A DNA stretch of 64,000 nt. It comes from Eledone cirrhosa (taxonomy: Eukaryota). The notes under the pieces are model-generated. The model was not told where the DNA came from and made no database searches. It saw only the letters and a list, made by a program, of their open reading frames with translations. Where the stretch lies: assembly GCA_964016885.1 (NCBI GenBank), contig OZ024740.1:232004001-232068000 (forward strand), written 5' to 3'. Positions 11,436 to 24,497 of this stretch are shown piece by piece. The stretch's first letter is position 1. Each line of letters begins with the position of its first letter. The translations under genes and the position numbers were made by a program.

Positions 11436-12825
11436 GGGGGGGTGTGTATATATATATGTATGTATGTATGTATGTGTGTGTGTAAATACATACACACATA
11501 CATACACATAAGCATAGACTGAACAATGACAACCTCGAACTCATACGATGTTATGTGCTTAGTAGTATTTGAGCAGCGGTATCTGGAAAATGGTAGAGGT
11601 TGAGAATGTGATATCTTCCTAGTACGAGGCTGTCTGTATGTTTGGTTTTGGTATTGACGGGGTTGTGTAAGTATACGCTAAAAATAGAATGGTAATCCAT
11701 TTGAGAAATGTTAAGTTCTGGAAGGGATGTTCTAATATACCATATAAGATTGGTATTCTGACAGTTTAATGGCCATAATGGCATAGTGTTATTTCTTACA
11801 CTCTTACACTTAACTTCTGGATAGTGCCGTCGTTAAATGTAATAAATTGCTTCCTTGCTGCGACTTTCAAAATGTGATGTGTGGGATTATTGCGACTACA
11901 ATTAATCATTCTGTATGATTTGGATCTGTATGATATTTGCATTGTGCTTTAGAACTTTTTCTTCATTTTACTCAGCACCCAGATTACTGGAATCTGGCAA
12001 TATTGGGGTGTGACGTAGATATTGAGTATAGTGGTTCCTTCTGGTCATATCTGTTTCACGTTTTGTTTATGATTTTGTCTAGCTCTAGCTACGAGTCTTT
12101 TGAGTCTTGAAATTTTCTTATAGATTGTAGGTGATCAGATAGAAGGAAGTGGCCAATATCTTTATGTAGATGAACGGTGTATAATTTTCCCATTTTCTTT
12201 GTGCGATTTTGGGGTTGATTTTCTAAAAAAATCTGATAATATTTAGGTTTTAATGTTAAGATCTTAAGCAGTCCTCAGAATATGTAGAGAAATTGGTATG
12301 GCTGATAGAGTAAGTCCCGCTGGCTGTTCTCCGCGGTTTTGCTTTCGCCATAACATCCGCAGGACGTACCTGTACCGCCGAACCAAAGGTGTAGAGTTTG
12401 CCCACTTCCTTTTTCTCTTCATTCATAAAAAAATTGTCTTGTTCGCTTTTCTCTTCTTGTTTAAAATTTGAGCAAATAAATAAATTTATGTAAACACTTA
12501 GATAACAAGAGATGAATAATGATAAGATAAGGTGAAATAGGATGGCAACTGTAGGTATAGATAGGTAGGAAGTAGGAAGGTTGGTAGATAGGTAAAGAGA
12601 TACGTTGGTAGGCTATTTGATAGGTGGGTAGATAGTTGTGGTAGGTAAGTTGGTGAGTTTGTTGGGTTGGACAGATAATTGAATTGATGTAGCAATGAAT
12701 TTATATACTGATGGTTGTAAATAGACACACTGTCTCTTTCTGTTCTTCTCTCTCACTTTACACACACACACACACACCCTAATATACATACACACACTAA
12801 TGCACACACACACACACACACTAAT

Positions 12826-12861
<36 letters not shown>

Positions 12862-12976
12862 TTATTAAAATAACAGATTATGGTTTAAGCAAAGAATATA
12901 TATATATATAAAAGGAACGATCGACTTTTTTGTCAAATCGGACCGAGGGAACAATGTTTCCGTTGGTCTTTCCAAT

Positions 12977-13602
<626 letters not shown>

Positions 13603-14559
13603 AGATTAAGGTTTAAGCAAATAACAGATTAAGGTTTAAGCAAAGAATCGCTGATTTCACCCTTAACGGGATCTTCTGAAACTAAAAAAAGTCAATCTGT
13701 GAACGCAGAAGTAAATATTTTAAAAAACGTTGCAACCGAAGGAAGACAGGAAAACGATACTTTGGTTCGTGGAAACGTTCCCTGGCAAAGAACGGAAAAA
13801 AACGAAGATAATACGACATTATTTGGTACAATGAAAACAATTAAACGCAAAGACAAAACCACGTTTATGGTATAAATGAAGTCGTAGACTAATATTCTAT
13901 TAGGAACTGTCCGTCTTTTCGTTGTTTTTTTTCATTGTCTTTGTACTGTGCGCTCCCTATTTTGAATATATATATATGTGTGTGTGTGTGTGTGTAACAT
14001 AATAGAACTAACAAAGGTTGTGGGGGGGGGGGTGTAGACATCTTTCTACATCAAAATATTGAACTCTATCCAGTCTTTCCTTTGACAAACCTAACTGGAA
14101 ATTGATGCAGAATAAGATCCTCAAATACAAGACCCGAAATCTCTCCATGGAATGTATCTCAGATAAAATTAAAACAATGATATTTAATAATATCCATTAA
14201 CTTTGTTCCAGAAAAAAGGGCAACATACACAAAGAATCGCAGCCAACTTAAACATAAAACAGATAGGCATGTCGCCCTTTATTTTCTCATCACGGATCAG
14301 GTTCTAGTACTTATTGTACTTATTGGTCTTCCACTCTCAGGCTCCCTCATATCTATATCACCATAGGACTGTAATTTAGATCAGAATGATAGCCTTTGTC
14401 ACCTCAGACCTTCTGTTAATGTGCGGTGATCACAAGATCGATTGGTCAGTCTGGGGGAAGCTGGTTTGCTCCCCAGGTGTGCCCCAATTACCCATCATTC
14501 TGCCTTTTACAAGAGGCTAAGTTATTTTCGTGGAATCTTGGTTTTCCTTTACTTGAAGA

Positions 14560-14885
14560 ACTGAATAAATGATGTGGGTCCTCCGTATATCTGGCACTAT
14601 TTCTGTTCCTTCTGCTCCTAGATGTCGGCTAGTGCCCTGAAAAACTTGGCATGAGACGCGTCTATATATTGCTTCCACCAATATGTGCCTTATCGAAACT
14701 GTCATTCTACATAATCTGCATGGTGTGTATTCTGTCTTGTTAGACCCGTGCAAGCCTGTTGGAATTGAAACGATATCATACACTGAACGAAGCAGGAAAG
14801 ACATGCAAAACTGTGATTTAGTCATCTAATTTCAGAGGGTAAGAGTTGTCACGACCCCTTGTCCTAGCCGATATCTGTAAGATAT
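14560..14885 (-). pseudogene. degraded non-LTR retrotransposon C-terminus (zinc-knuckle-like)
   Basis: YRYRLGQ ... TPCRLCRMTVSIRHILVE resembles RLRLGH...CxxC...TVxHILxxC. Confidence 0.4.
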
Positions 14886-15163
14886 GGCGGTCGATACTGC
14901 ATAGCAGCTGATAGCAACTTTCTTTTCTCACTTTAAAGGGACTTCACCCTATTTAATAAGCTATTCTATAGCATAGCCACACGTGAACACATCATTCTAT
15001 ATAAACAGATGATGTTCCAAAATAACAAGACATACTAACTATTTAGATTCATTAAAATAAATATTTAAACGCTATTTCCGTCAGCCATATATATATATAT
15101 GTATATATATATTTAGTTATTTATTTATTTATGTATATCTATCTATATATATATAAAAAGAGA

Positions 15164-15227
<64 letters not shown>

Positions 15228-15246
15228 TGCGAGCTTACATACTGAG

Positions 15247-15338
15247 GCATATCTGAGGATCTTTCGATTCCAGAGTCAGGTTCGATCAATAATAGATCGC
15301 TTCTCGAGCTGATCGACAGTGAAACGCATGTAACATGT
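15247..15338 (+). ncRNA. hammerhead-like motif with 61-nt stem II domain
   Basis: gcatat CTGAGGA t[ctttcgat...atcgacag]t GAAA cgcatg TA acatgt. Homologs at 2880-2980(+) and 60-137(-). Confidence 0.6.
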
Positions 15339-15417
15339 TATTAGATATGATATTATGCAACACTGATCCTTTGTTCCTTTATTCTTATACAATATATATA
15401 AATATATATATATAGAG

Positions 15418-15553
15418 ATTATTCTGAAGACAGCATATATATGTGAAGGTATGTATATTCTCTTTGATAGTTTGTATAATTTTGTACATAGATCTTTTGA
15501 ATATGCATACCAATTCTAACACATATATGTCCTAGAAACGATCGTAAAATAAT
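15418..15553 (+). ncRNA. hammerhead motif with 104-nt stem II domain
   Basis: attatt CTGAAGA [104 nt] GAAA cgatcg TA aaataat. Confidence 0.7.
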
Positions 15554-15610
15554 GAACTTTTTTTGTTTAATATAAGGAACTGTTTCTTTGTTTATTCATT
15601 ATTTTTTTAA

Positions 15611-15662
<52 letters not shown>

Positions 15663-16329
15663 GACATGCATTATTTATATCGAGAACACTTTTAACAATT
15701 TCTATATTTCGTTACTGGGAGACCAGATTTCCGAGAAATACTTTATGGTACTTAAGATAAGTGATTTCATGAGATTGTATGTTTACCTACGGTTAAAAAC
15801 CAGTATAAATATCAGCTGCTTCACTTTTCTCCATGCACTGACACCTACGTGCAATGGCGAGGAATACCACAGTCATAAACGCAGTAGTAGTAGTAGCAAT
15901 ATCGACATGATTATTGTAAGACAGCGTCTACGTTTTTCAAAGAGAATACGTATCTGCGTACGTACTCAAGTATGTATGTATGTATGTATGTATGTATGTA
16001 TGTATGTATGTATGTATGTATGTATGTATGCATGTATGTATGCATGTATGTATGTATGTATGTATGTATGTATGTATGTATGAGTAAATGTATGTATGTA
16101 TGTACATATGTATGAGTGTATGTATGTATGTACATTTGTATGTACATATGTATGTATGTTTGTATGTACATATGTATGTACGTATGTATGTATGTATCTA
16201 TGAAGGAAAACTCTGATATAACACCTGCAACCCTGATGGTATCCAATGATGTTGACTTGTTCTTCTTTTTGGTAAATATCATCTTGGTTAAGAGAGTGGG
16301 ACTGGCTTTGTGCAGTGCCTTTGCTCACT

Positions 16330-16565
16330 ATAAAAGCTTCACGGCACAGGCATTGCTTTATATCTGGAGATCTCTTTGCACTTGTCGTCATATGGTACCA
16401 TGGGCCCAGCACTGTGTCAATAATTGTCACAAGTGTAGTGTTTGTACCAGAGTTTTCAAGTCACTGGCTGGACTAAAAAGTCACACTCGTTCAGCGCATC
16501 GGTAGGGGTTCTCCTACATGGATATAAAGTAGTGGCCGTACTCGAAAACGAGTTGGCAGCCACCA
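16330..16565 (+). mobile_element. 3' end of an RTE-type LINE (terminal C2H2-like finger, (ATGT)n tail)
   Basis: CSVCTRVFKSLAGLKSHTRSAHR-stop, a short 3' UTR with hairpin CTCGaaaaCGAG, then (ATGT)n. Confidence 0.65.
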
Positions 16566-16619
16566 TGTATGTACATACATGCATGTATGTACATACATGC
16601 ATGTATGTATGCATGTATT

Positions 16620-17221
16620 CAGGGCCAGGTTTAATGGGGAGTAAGGGCGCAATTGGCCCGGGTTCCCCTCAATGTGGGTGGGAGGCACCAGTGACGGCCG
16701 TAACAATCTTGTTGTACCCTCTTCTGGGCCATTTAAAAAATGTTATCCCTTTGGCAACAAAACTATATTTTTAACAAAAAGTATTTGATGTCATTACTGT
16801 GGCAAAATTCATCAAAATTTCTCAACTTTAGAGACATCAAATTGTTAGCAGAACAATATCTGATGAAAAGTATTTGATATCGCTTTGAAAAGTGGTTGTA
16901 ATGATATCGCAAAAACAATGTATCTACTAAACACTGTGAAGTTGTTAGGAACGACATCCAATCATAGAAACCATATATGTACAAGACGCGGTCGCTCCGA
17001 TATATTTGGTTTCGCACTGCAACAACCTGTCCAACACAAACCAGTGTGGAAAGTGGACGTAAAATGAGGATGGTTAGATATTTTGTATTTGATACCTGTG
17101 TCTATAACGTTTTAATTCCAATTAATTGCCCTAGCCACCTTTGATATTTAAAAATTGGGGGCTTGTTGTGTATTCTAATTTTTTGTTATGTGGGCCATCA
17201 CACGATCTAAATCCGACCCTG
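16620..17221. mobile_element. hAT-like non-autonomous DNA element containing a SINE 3' fragment
   Basis: Imperfect TIRs CAGGGCCAGGTTTA / TAAATCCGACCCTG. 16930-17072 resembles the SINE tail at 25690-25818. TSD not resolvable. Confidence 0.5.
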
Positions 17222-17337
17222 TATATATATATGTATGTATGTATGTGTATGTGTGTGTATGTATGCATGTTTGTATGAATGTATGTATGTATGTGTGTGT
17301 TTGTATGAATGTATGTATGTGTGTGTGTGTGTATGTA

Positions 17338-17419
<82 letters not shown>

Positions 17420-17754
17420 ATTGCGTGTATGTTGTTGATGCTGTGTGTGTTTGCTGGAGCTGAAAGTGTGTTTCTTTGTGCTTCTCTGTTCTAGAATACA
17501 TCCGTATGTAAATGCCTTTTTTAAAATTTTTGAATCTGTATGCTTATGTTCTTTACTATGACAGTATGTATATATATATATATGTATGTTTACACACACA
17601 TGCACACACACACACACACGCACATATATATATATATATAAATATACATATATGCATGTATGTATACACACACACACACATATATATATATTTATATATA
17701 TTTATATATATATACATACATACATACATATATATATATATATAGTGTATATAT

Positions 17755-17939
17755 GAAAAAGTATGACCCCGACGGCAGAGTTCAAGCCGTTTCGACGGCT
17801 ATTTCTGAAATAGCTGTCGAAACGGATTGAGCTCTGCCGTCGGGGGTCATACTTTTTCCTATTACCCACTCTACTACCCTAAGTACTGAGTACTCTGGTG
17901 CGTTATTGTCCATCTGGTTCCTTACCACAACTCCTTCGT

Positions 17940-17940
<1 letters not shown>
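17755..17940 (+). mobile_element. PLE-type pLTR fragment with about 100-bp fold-back palindrome
   Basis: 17755-17858 is a palindrome carrying GAAAcgg...ccGTCgggg. The tail ATTACCCACTCTACTACCCTAAGTA is shared with 32779-32975, 54694-54886(-) and partly 58745-58820. Confidence 0.7.
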
Positions 17941-17970
<30 letters not shown>

Positions 17971-17973
17971 GTA

Positions 17974-18004
<31 letters not shown>

Positions 18005-18107
18005 GTAGATAAATCTACCAAAAGTTTACGGTAGTGTCCAATCCGTATGAAGAACTCAATGTAATCCGGATATCATGAAACAGTTCCTTATATTAAAAAA
18101 AATTCAG

Positions 18108-18245
18108 ATTATTTCTGAAGACAGCATATATATGTGTAGGTATGTATATTCCCTCTGATAGTTTGTATAAATATTGTACATAGATCTATAGAATATGCAT
18201 ACCAACACTAACACATATATATCCTAGAAACGATCGTAAAATAAT
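18108..18245 (+). ncRNA. hammerhead motif with 105-nt stem II domain (second copy)
   Basis: attattt CTGAAGA cagcatatatatgtg...cacatatatatccta GAAA cgatcg TA aaataat. Confidence 0.75.
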
Positions 18246-18301
18246 GAAATCTTTTTTAATATAAGGAACTGTTTCTTTGTTTATTCATTATTTTTTAAAT
18301 A

Positions 18302-18480
<179 letters not shown>

Positions 18481-19036
18481 GTGCATAGGAGTCGATCTGT
18501 GTGTAGATATGCATTTTTGTACACATGTATATATACTAAAATGTCAGATTTAATGTTTTATACGCGCATGAGTATAAAAATATATGTAAGTGCTTTTGTG
18601 TATGTAAGAGCTCAGAGGAAGTGAACATGTTCCTTTCTTTGTGTTGTTTTTCAATTCTACCCGATTCCCTCGAGGTATTAGACGGATAGGAAGAGGTTGG
18701 AGGGTGGTTGTATGAAGCAACACAATTACAACGTTGTTACCCTGGGAGTGATAACGTGCTGGCAGTTAGTTCACTAGCCGTTGGGCGGGTAAATACAATG
18801 CAGAAGTTAAAGTGGTGGTCGGTTGCGTAGAGTGGGGATTTGTGTAGCGTCGTAAAAAAGAAACTACCTACATAGCATGTTTCTGCTGTCAACCCTAGGT
18901 GTGCCGAGTCTTAATTCACCGTTTGTTAAATTTTCCAAACATTTGCTAAACGAGTTCATTTTTTTTATAATTTGTATAATTATATTATGATTTTGTTTAA
19001 GCATATAATTTTTCTTATTGATATTGCTCTTCTTTT

Positions 19037-21696
19037 TGGCTGTTTTTGTTGTTATTGGCCCGAGTGTCAGAGGCGCGACGTGGCAACAAAGCCACAGTTC
19101 GGTCTTTGTCTGATCAAAACGGGCGCGTGCTGCTTGAACACGAGCAGATGTGTGAAGCTTTTCAGCAGCACTTTGCTGAAATGTTCGGGAGCAGCGGCGG
19201 GCCGGATCGGGGTATGGACTTCAGTGCATACCTCGATGGACTGCCTCGGCTCTCGATGACAGCAGCACAGTGTTGCGAAAAGCCAATAACAGCCAGTGAA
19301 ATACGGGAAGCGATGGCTAACTGCACGAGGGGTAAATCGCCAGGCTTGGATGGTCTGTCCTACGAGCTTTATGCATTTATGCCAGATTTGTTCGGTGACC
19401 TCTTAGCAGACGTCTACTGCAACTGGCAGCAGAACAGGAGCATTCCTAGTTTTGTGAGCCGGGGAGCGGTGGCTCTGCTGAGAAAAGACCCGAACAAGGG
19501 GGATGTTATCGATAACTTCAGGCCCATAACCCTACTAAACGCAGAGTTCAAGATTTTGGCCAAGGTGTTAGCAACGAGGTTGGCGCTTGTCGTCAAGGGT
19601 CTGGTGGGAGAGGCACAGACATGCGCCATTCCGGACAGATCCATACACGACAACCTCCACCTCATGCGATACATCATAGAGAGGGTGGTTAAGGAATCTG
19701 GCACGGGTGGGGCCCTGATCAACTTGGATCAATCCAAAGCATTCGATAGGGTCGACCATCGGTACCTGGCGGCGGTCCTCGAGGCAGCCGGTTTCGGGCC
19801 CGTTTTCAGGGGTTGGATCGCTGCGATGTACAGCGACATCTGCTCAGTTGTGAGGGTGAACGGTCACCTGCCGCAGCCGTTCAGCATCATGCGCTCGGTC
19901 CGCCAGGGTTGTCCCCTCTCGTCCCTCTTGTACGCATAGGCTCTCGAGCCGTTACTGCACAAACTGGGGGCGATGAGGGGCGTCCCACGCGAACTAGCAT
20001 ACGGGAAATCTGAGTCGGCTTACGCCGACGACGCACCTTTGTGGTGTCGAGCACCAGACACGTCCAGATGTTCGGCCCGCTCTCAAGGAATACGAAGCGG
20101 TGACAGGAGCAAAGATAAACCAGGAAAAGTCGGTGGGCTTGCAGCTCGGCACCTGGAGAGGCAAGTCCATGCCATCCGACATGGTCGTAGGGCGTTGGAC
20201 GGACGGACCGGTTAAATTGCTCGGGGTCTGGTTCGGACCGGACCTCCAGATGGAGAAAAACTGGAACGAGGTGACGAGCAAGGTGGCCTCCCTCACCCAT
20301 AAATGGGCTGAAAGGAAGCTGTCCCTGAAAGGCCGGACGGAGGTGGCGAATGCGTACATCGCATCCGTCATCTGCTACCGCCTCACCGTCGTCCCTTGCC
20401 CCGGCCCAACTCTCACCAAAATGGAGCACCTCCTCTTCCGCTTTTTGTGGAAGGGATGCGCTCCCATGGTCAGACGATCCATCTGCTGTCAACACCCGTT
20501 GTGTGGAGGACTGGGGATGCCATGGCTGATGATGCGCAAACATGCGCTGAGGCTGCGACATCTCTGGTGTTTCCTTGACGGTGAACAGGTGTCGTCGCCG
20601 TTCGCCAGGCACGTTTTCCCACAGCTCGTCTCCTTGACGGAGCTGCAGTCCTGGGTCAGGAAAAGACCGAGGGATAGCGCTTGGAAACTGGAATGTCTCC
20701 AGGCGCTCACTGCCCTCTGCCAGCTGGGCACCAGTATCGGTGGAACATCCACCTCGGCATTCTATAGAGGACTAGTGGAGGGGAAGAGCGACGACGTTCT
20801 CGGAGAGATCCTGGGCGTCGAAGAAGATCAGCTGTTTGCTCTCTTCCGGAGAACTTAACTTTCAGCCCAGGGCCTATGGATAACTTCCAAAAATCCCTGG
20901 CCTGACAGTGCTACCAGGGAGCGTTGCCGGTTTGAGATAAGCTCTACAGGCACGGAAGTGCCGTCAGCCGAGCCTGTCAGAGAAGCGCGCAGAGCGACGA
21001 AACCGTCGTGCACGCACTCGTTCAGTGCGCCAGTATTGCTGACTTGTGGAGCTATGTCGAACAGTTTCTGTCGCGTGTAGGTCTGATCCGGTTATCGACT
21101 GAGTCCATTGTGCAGATGGTCTCGCCGTCTTCTTTCGAGGAGGAAGGGCAGGCGGTTTTCATCTGCCTGGTGTCCATGGCGAAAGAGATTGTGTGGTGGC
21201 CAAAGTTGAAAGGGTTAAAGACAGATAAGTTTCTCTTCGGCGAATACCTAATTAACTTTTTCAAGTTTCACTTGAAGAGGAAAATCAGGGTGGAGAGGCA
21301 AGTGCTGCCTTCTAGCAAGTTTGTTGAAAGGTGGGTGAATGTAGCGAGAATGGTCCGAGTGAACTGGACCGCTCTGAATGTACGCCTGTAGTTTGAGAAA
21401 TGGAAAAATTGAGAGAGGGCACTTGCCCTGGTGGTCAGGGTGGCCGTGGTCTTTTGTGTGGTTTTCGCCACGAGTAACCCTCGGAGGTTTCCCCCCTATT
21501 GGGGAGTTTTTCATTGTTTCAATTTTCATTTTTATTGTTTATATATATATATATATGTTTCTATGTCTTTTTTTTCCTTTTTTATATAAATAATAAAAAT
21601 CTCTACACGCATAAAATCCACATCGTACCGTTCTGTACCGTCCTGTGCTGTCTGTAATGTTTTTCTTGATGTCAGCCCTTGTGGCCAATAAAGAAA

Positions 21697-21698
<2 letters not shown>
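19037..21698 (+). mobile_element. 5'-truncated L1/Tx1-type retrotransposon (copy D), ORF2 with stops and frameshifts, ending in (ATT)n
   Basis: KSPGLDGL, NFRPITLLN, LDQSKAFDRVDH, VRQGCPLS, AYADD and C-terminal ETVVHALVQC. The 3' UTR ends GTGGCCAATAAAGAAATC(ATT)n. Confidence 0.93.
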
Positions 21699-21740
<42 letters not shown>

Positions 21741-22499
21741 TTTTTACTCTGTCATTGATGTTAACTGGAAAGTTTGTTGAGATGAATATCAAGCCACTAC
21801 CTGCAGCCTCAGATATTCAGGACGTATCGGAGGGTTCTTGCTGTTCCCAGCAAGCATGCCTTTTGAAGCGTTCCAAAAAACGTGAAGGGGCCACTTTTCT
21901 TTAACCATCCCTGGAAACTTTTTGAGATAGTACCTAGTGCGCCTATGACAATCGGGATCACTTTGACTTCATGGCAGTTCCAAATCCTTTTTACATCCCA
22001 CTTTAAGTCCTGGTATCGGTTAATTTTCTCCCTCTCCTTCTCTTGCACTCTCGTGTCGAATGGGCAGGCCACATCCACAATCAGGCACGATCTTTTTTCT
22101 TTGTCCAAAACCACCAGGTCAGGTCTATTGTGTTCCAGTTTCTTGTCTGTCTGTATCCTAAAATCCCACAGCACCTTCACCTGATCGTTTTCTATCACCG
22201 CCTCTGGCTTATGCTCATACCACTTCTCAGAATGTGGTAAATTGTTTCCTTTGCATAGGTGCCAGTGGATCACCCTGCCCATCACATCATGTCTCCAGCC
22301 CTTATAGTGAGTCTGGGCTAGGTGTTTACACTCGGATACAATGTGAGCCACAGTCTCCTCTCTCTCTCCACAGATCCTGCACAGTGGGCTAGCCTCCTCC
22401 TTGTAAATGTGGTGTTTCAACCACTTCGTTTTGAGGGCCTGCTCCTGCGCAGCCATTAACATTCCTTCTGTAGCCTTTTTAAGGTCTCCTCTTTTCAAC

Positions 22500-22500
<1 letters not shown>
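21741..22500 (-). mobile_element. 5'-truncated R4/Dong-type RLE retrotransposon inserted in (TAA)n
   Basis: Open 229-aa frame (21809-22498): TEGMLMAAQEQAL, CRIC...ETVAHIVSEC, RHD, NRPDLVV...IVDVACP...EKINRYQDL, IPIVIGALG. (TAA)n at both ends. Confidence 0.92.
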
Positions 22501-22567
<67 letters not shown>

Positions 22568-22649
22568 ATAGTAGGAGTAGTAGTATCGGTAGAGGGTAGG
22601 ACGCCATGCTTTGACGTATAGAGTTACGGCCCTTTGCATTCTGAGTTCA

Positions 22650-22947
22650 GCTACCTTCTTTTGCACTGCTGATAAAGCTGGAGCGTCATCCCTTAATGTA
22701 GAAATTATGTCAATATGAATGTCATTGGAGGCTAAACCCTTTCTCTGCAAGGAATTGATAACACCCCGATACCCAACTTTGTTTATTTTCAAAATAAGTC
22801 GTTATTAGATACTTTTGAAGTCTTCTTTGGGCAGTCAGATGTCAGTTTACCTGGAAAGAAACAATGGAATTAGTAATAAGAAAAGTTGAAATCAATGCAT
22901 GCAAGATTTCACAACCCTAGCATCATTCCTATGGACCTTTCAGCCAA
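22650..22947 (-). mobile_element. mariner 5' fragment with transposase N-terminal HTH
   Basis: YRGVINSLQRKGLASNDIHIDIISTLRDDAPALSAVQK. The upstream sequence matches 50731-50845. Confidence 0.8.
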
Positions 22948-23808
22948 TATATATATATATATGGTATATATATATATATATATACATACATGTCTTATAT
23001 TAGGATAAGAGGACAAAGGCAGTTTTCAATCTCTTGTTTCACGATCGTTTGGTTTAAACGGAAAAAAAAGTGAACGCTCATTCTGTCTTCATAAGGTATG
23101 TCCAATGATCTCTCCCTCTTCCTCTCTCTCTCTTACTCTCTCTCCCCCTCATTCTCTCTCTCTCTCTCTCTCTCTCTGACTGTCTCTTTGTGTATACACA
23201 CACACACATAAATATATACCTAGGGATTGTAACGTCTAGTTACTGTACGCATATATATATATATATATGTGTGTGTGTGTATGTGTGTTTGTTTGTGTGT
23301 CTGTGTGTGTGTTTGTGTGTGTGTGTGTGTTTGTGTGTTTGTGTATATGTGTGAGAGAGAGATAGAGAGTGAGAGAGAGAGAGAGTGTGTGTGGACATTT
23401 AAAACATATATGTGAACGTGTAGTTGTTAGTGAATGCAGTCTGTTTAGAAATATACAGACAGTTTCACTAATTTGACACTATGCAAATGATAATAGCTCA
23501 ATATTTGACAGTCCCCATTAGAACCAGACTTTGGAAAACTTTCTGTTGTCTTTGATATGTTTATCTTTTAGCAATTCACCTTGAATATATAGACATTGCA
23601 GACATGACCATGTTCATACATTTGAAGATAGCATTATAGACATACATTACCATGTAACACACTCACTTATATATCAACACATTTGCACATACAGACATAC
23701 ACACATACGCATATACTCACACACACACACATACACACATACACATAAATATATATATATGTGTATGCATATATATATATATAGAAGTGGTTACACAACA
23801 GTTAGTTC

Positions 23809-23866
23809 ACCATACCGAGAACAATTGTTTCACCTTAGCGGATCTTCAGCTCGGGATGTGTATGGT
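23809..23866 (-). ncRNA. hammerhead ribozyme motif
   Basis: accatac acatcc cgag CTGAAGA t cc gctaa gg t GAAA caattg TT ctcg gtatggt, with a bulged stem I and palindromic stem III. Confidence 0.8.
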
Positions 23867-24359
23867 TATAGGAACAGGAAGGACAACCGTACGAACGCGC
23901 ATGCGCAGAAACTCGGTCACTTCACACAGGCAATACTAGACTGCGTGCGAGAGATGTAAGGGAGATAACTGCGAAAGTATAGGCTACTCCATTCAATGGA
24001 AAGCCATCACTGAGTCCAAGCCATACGCAAGGGGAAATCCGACGTGTGGCTTATGTATTGAGGAACGAATAATTATCCTATAGAGATTACACAATAGTGA
24101 TTGCCTAAAGACGAGGAGTGAATTTTTCACACGTTGTCCACACGTCACCAAACATCTATTGCATAACTACAAGGCTCCGGACTGATGCTTTGTAATTTTA
24201 TTTTTAATTTAATTTTAATTTTAATTTCAACCTATAAACTTACCGGACTTTCGCTGTTATCTCCCTTACATCTCTCGCACGCAGTCTAGTATTGTGTGAA
24301 GTGACCGAGTTTCTGTTCTGCGCATGCTCGTTCGTACGGTTGTCCTTCCTGTTCCTATA

Positions 24360-24417
24360 ACCATACACATCCAGAGCTGAAGATCCGCTAAGGTGAAACA
24401 ATTGTTCTCGGTATGGT
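24360..24417 (+). ncRNA. hammerhead ribozyme motif
   Basis: Same as 23809-23866 with one stem I substitution. Confidence 0.75.
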
Positions 24418-24497
24418 GAACTAACTGTTGTGTTACCACTTCTACCTAACTCGTCTCTTGGACTAAGTGCTCTACCACTACGGATATTACCTTCCAC

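Noticed and set aside
16430-16505. Host C2H2 zinc-finger gene exon
   Set aside because: A single terminal finger without a TGEKP linker, followed by a short UTR and tandem tail, fits a LINE 3' end.
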